DNA of 35,663 nucleotides from a virus: UHGV virus genome UHGV-0076931; one strand, 5' to 3'. Shown piece by piece: positions 34,199 to 35,663 of this stretch (position 1 is its first letter; each line of letters starts with the position of its first letter). The notes under the pieces were generated by a model. It saw only the letters and a program-made list of their open reading frames with translations, ran no database searches and was not told where the DNA came from. The position numbers and the translations under genes were made by a program.

Positions 34199-34512
34199 CT
34201 TTGTCAAGCATGGGTGAAAAATTTCGCCTGATTCGTGAAGCAGAAGGTATGACCCGCCAGGAGTTTGCGGATTGTGTTGGGCTGCCTTATGGGACGGTAA
34301 CTAACTATGAGGTGAGGGGGAAGCAAGTAACAGAGGGTGCCTTACTTAAGGTTACGAAACACCCTAAATTTAAGAAGTATGCTTATTGGTTATCAACAGA
34401 TGAAACGATGCCGGAGGTCGGGCAAATTTCTCCGGCTCTCTCTCTTGATGGTTCCTGCAATTCGGAGGGAGATCGCGTTTCAACCGAAACAATCCAAAAA
34501 TTATCCCGCTGA
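34192..34512 (+). CDS. C: Immunity repressor C (HTH)
   Basis: EKFRLIREAEGMTRQEFADCVGLPYGTVTNYE aligns with P2 C N-terminus as recalled; QISPALSL also shared; start among several in-frame candidates. Confidence 0.8.
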   Translation: MASLSSMGEKFRLIREAEGMTRQEFADCVGLPYGTVTNYEVRGKQVTEGALLKVTKHPKFKKYAYWLSTDETMPEVGQISPALSLDGSCNSEGDRVSTETIQKLSR

Positions 34513-34608
34513 GGCCAGAAAACTGGTTAGACCTGCTTTTTGTCTGGTCTGATTATTGCTGGAAAGAGGCTGGAGAAATTGTAGAGCGGTTCATTGGAGG
34601 GCTTCGTA

Positions 34609-35613
34609 ATGTCGATTAAGAAGCTCGAAGATGGTCGTTATTTGCTGGACATCAGGCCGAACGGACGCAAGGGAAAGCGCGTGCGTAAGGTATTTGACAA
34701 AAAATCGGTAGCGGTGGCCACTGAACGCTACATCATGGCGAACGCTGAAAAGCGGGAATATATACAGGGCTACCGTGATCGTCGAACGCTAAATGATTTG
34801 CTTGAGTTGTGGTGGATGTATCACGGCCAGCACAGGCGTAAGGCGGAAGAAGACCGAAAACAACTGCGCAACATAATCAATGAGCTTGGCGCTGATATGC
34901 AGGCTGTGGATCTTGATAAGCTGAAAATTATCGCGTGGCGTTCTCAAAAGATGGCTGAAGGATTGAAACCGTCATCTGCTAACAGGTACATGAATCGGTT
35001 ATCCGGAATGTTTACCGTGCTGAAAAAAATAGGTCTTTGGGATGCAGAACATCCAGTAAGGGGAATTTCTATTCTTTATGTATCTCCACGAGAAATGGCG
35101 TTCCTGTCACAGAAGGAAGTGGCGCTATTGCTCGATACACTGGAGGGCGACTACTGGCGTGTTGCGCTTTTGTGTTTAAGCACAGGGGCGCGCTGGAGTG
35201 AAGCTTGTAAGCTTCGTGGTGAACAGATAGTTCATAACCGTGTAACGTTTCTTGAAACCAAAAATGGCCGGAAGAGAACAGTGCCAATTTCTCAGGCAGT
35301 TTGTGAGGCGATCAAAACCAGAGAAACAGGCGGCTTGTTTGAGGTGAAGTACCGGGAATTCTGCCTGGCGCTGAAAAGAGTTAAGCCCGATTTACCAAAA
35401 GGCCAGGCTGCACATGTGCTGCGGCATACGTTCGCCAGCCATTTTGTGATGAACGGAGGAAACATTATTGCGCTTCAGAAGATTCTTGGTCACGCAACCA
35501 TTCAGCAAACAATGGCATATGCGCATTTTGCACCGGATTACCTGCAGGATGCGGTGGCCCTTAATCCGCTGAAAGGTGGCGTAAGTGTCCACGCAGTGTC
35601 CACGGGGGATTAA
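34609..35613 (+). CDS. int: Tyrosine integrase
   Basis: 334 aa from ATG 34609 (GGAGG SD); C-terminal HxLRHT...Y catalytic region (VLRHTFASHF ... MAYAHF); downstream of C as in P2. Confidence 0.9.
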   Translation: MSIKKLEDGRYLLDIRPNGRKGKRVRKVFDKKSVAVATERYIMANAEKREYIQGYRDRRTLNDLLELWWMYHGQHRRKAEEDRKQLRNIINELGADMQAVDLDKLKIIAWRSQKMAEGLKPSSANRYMNRLSGMFTVLKKIGLWDAEHPVRGISILYVSPREMAFLSQKEVALLLDTLEGDYWRVALLCLSTGARWSEACKLRGEQIVHNRVTFLETKNGRKRTVPISQAVCEAIKTRETGGLFEVKYREFCLALKRVKPDLPKGQAAHVLRHTFASHFVMNGGNIIALQKILGHATIQQTMAYAHFAPDYLQDAVALNPLKGGVSVHAVSTGD

Positions 35614-35663
35614 TTTTATATAGCCTGAAACGGCTTAAAGGGCGATACTGAATAACAATTTTT

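Larger units (their letters stand above)
50..35613. mobile_element. P2-like (Peduovirus-type) prophage, boundaries and att sites not resolved
   Basis: Near-complete, syntenic set of P2-type structural, lysis, replication, switch and integrase genes recognised from the translations; att core repeats not identifiable within the window. Confidence 0.85.

Noticed and set aside
1-35663. Prophage attachment sites and a flanking tRNA
   Set aside because: No tRNA-like structure seen at either end and no direct repeat shared between the region beyond int (35614-35663) and the region beyond ogr; boundaries probably extend outside the window

Overview
The window is an almost complete P2-like (Peduovirus-type) temperate phage genome, most likely an integrated prophage in an enterobacterial-type chromosome. 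All calls come from reading the supplied six-frame translations and the DNA by eye; no database search or computation was run, so every homology statement is recollection-based and needs confirmation. Recognisable modules: integrase, C repressor and Cox switch (33.8-35.6 kb); an early operon ending in the rolling-circle replication protein A (27.7-33.8 kb); head and packaging genes Q, P, O, N, M, L (17.8-24.1 kb); lysis cassette (holin, M15 endolysin, overlapping spanins); baseplate and tail fibre genes X, R, S, V, W, J, I, H; tail genes FI, FII, E/E', T, U, D; and the late activator Ogr. Points that depart from canonical P2: (1) the FI-FII-E-T-U block lies on the opposite strand to H and D, next to a truncated DNA-invertase remnant; (2) the tail fibre H has a P2-type N-terminus fused to a different C-terminal domain, with no gpG chaperone gene; (3) an AT-rich cargo gene with a PIN-like N-terminus sits between D and ogr; (4) the slot after gene A, where P2 carries tin/old, holds a ParM/ParR partition-like module with upstream palindromic repeats, a ClpX-type zinc-finger protein and several small unknown genes; (5) beyond ogr lie a Hok/Gef-like toxin ORF and a Mu com/mom-like pair in which a Com-type zinc finger overlaps a DNA methyltransferase; (6) the early operon contains a structured 320-bp non-coding stretch with an internal terminator. 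The best candidates for an undescribed system are the PIN-like cargo gene and the unknown genes after A, but none has been shown to be novel. No tRNA, rRNA or CRISPR array was seen, and the prophage ends and cos site could not be located.
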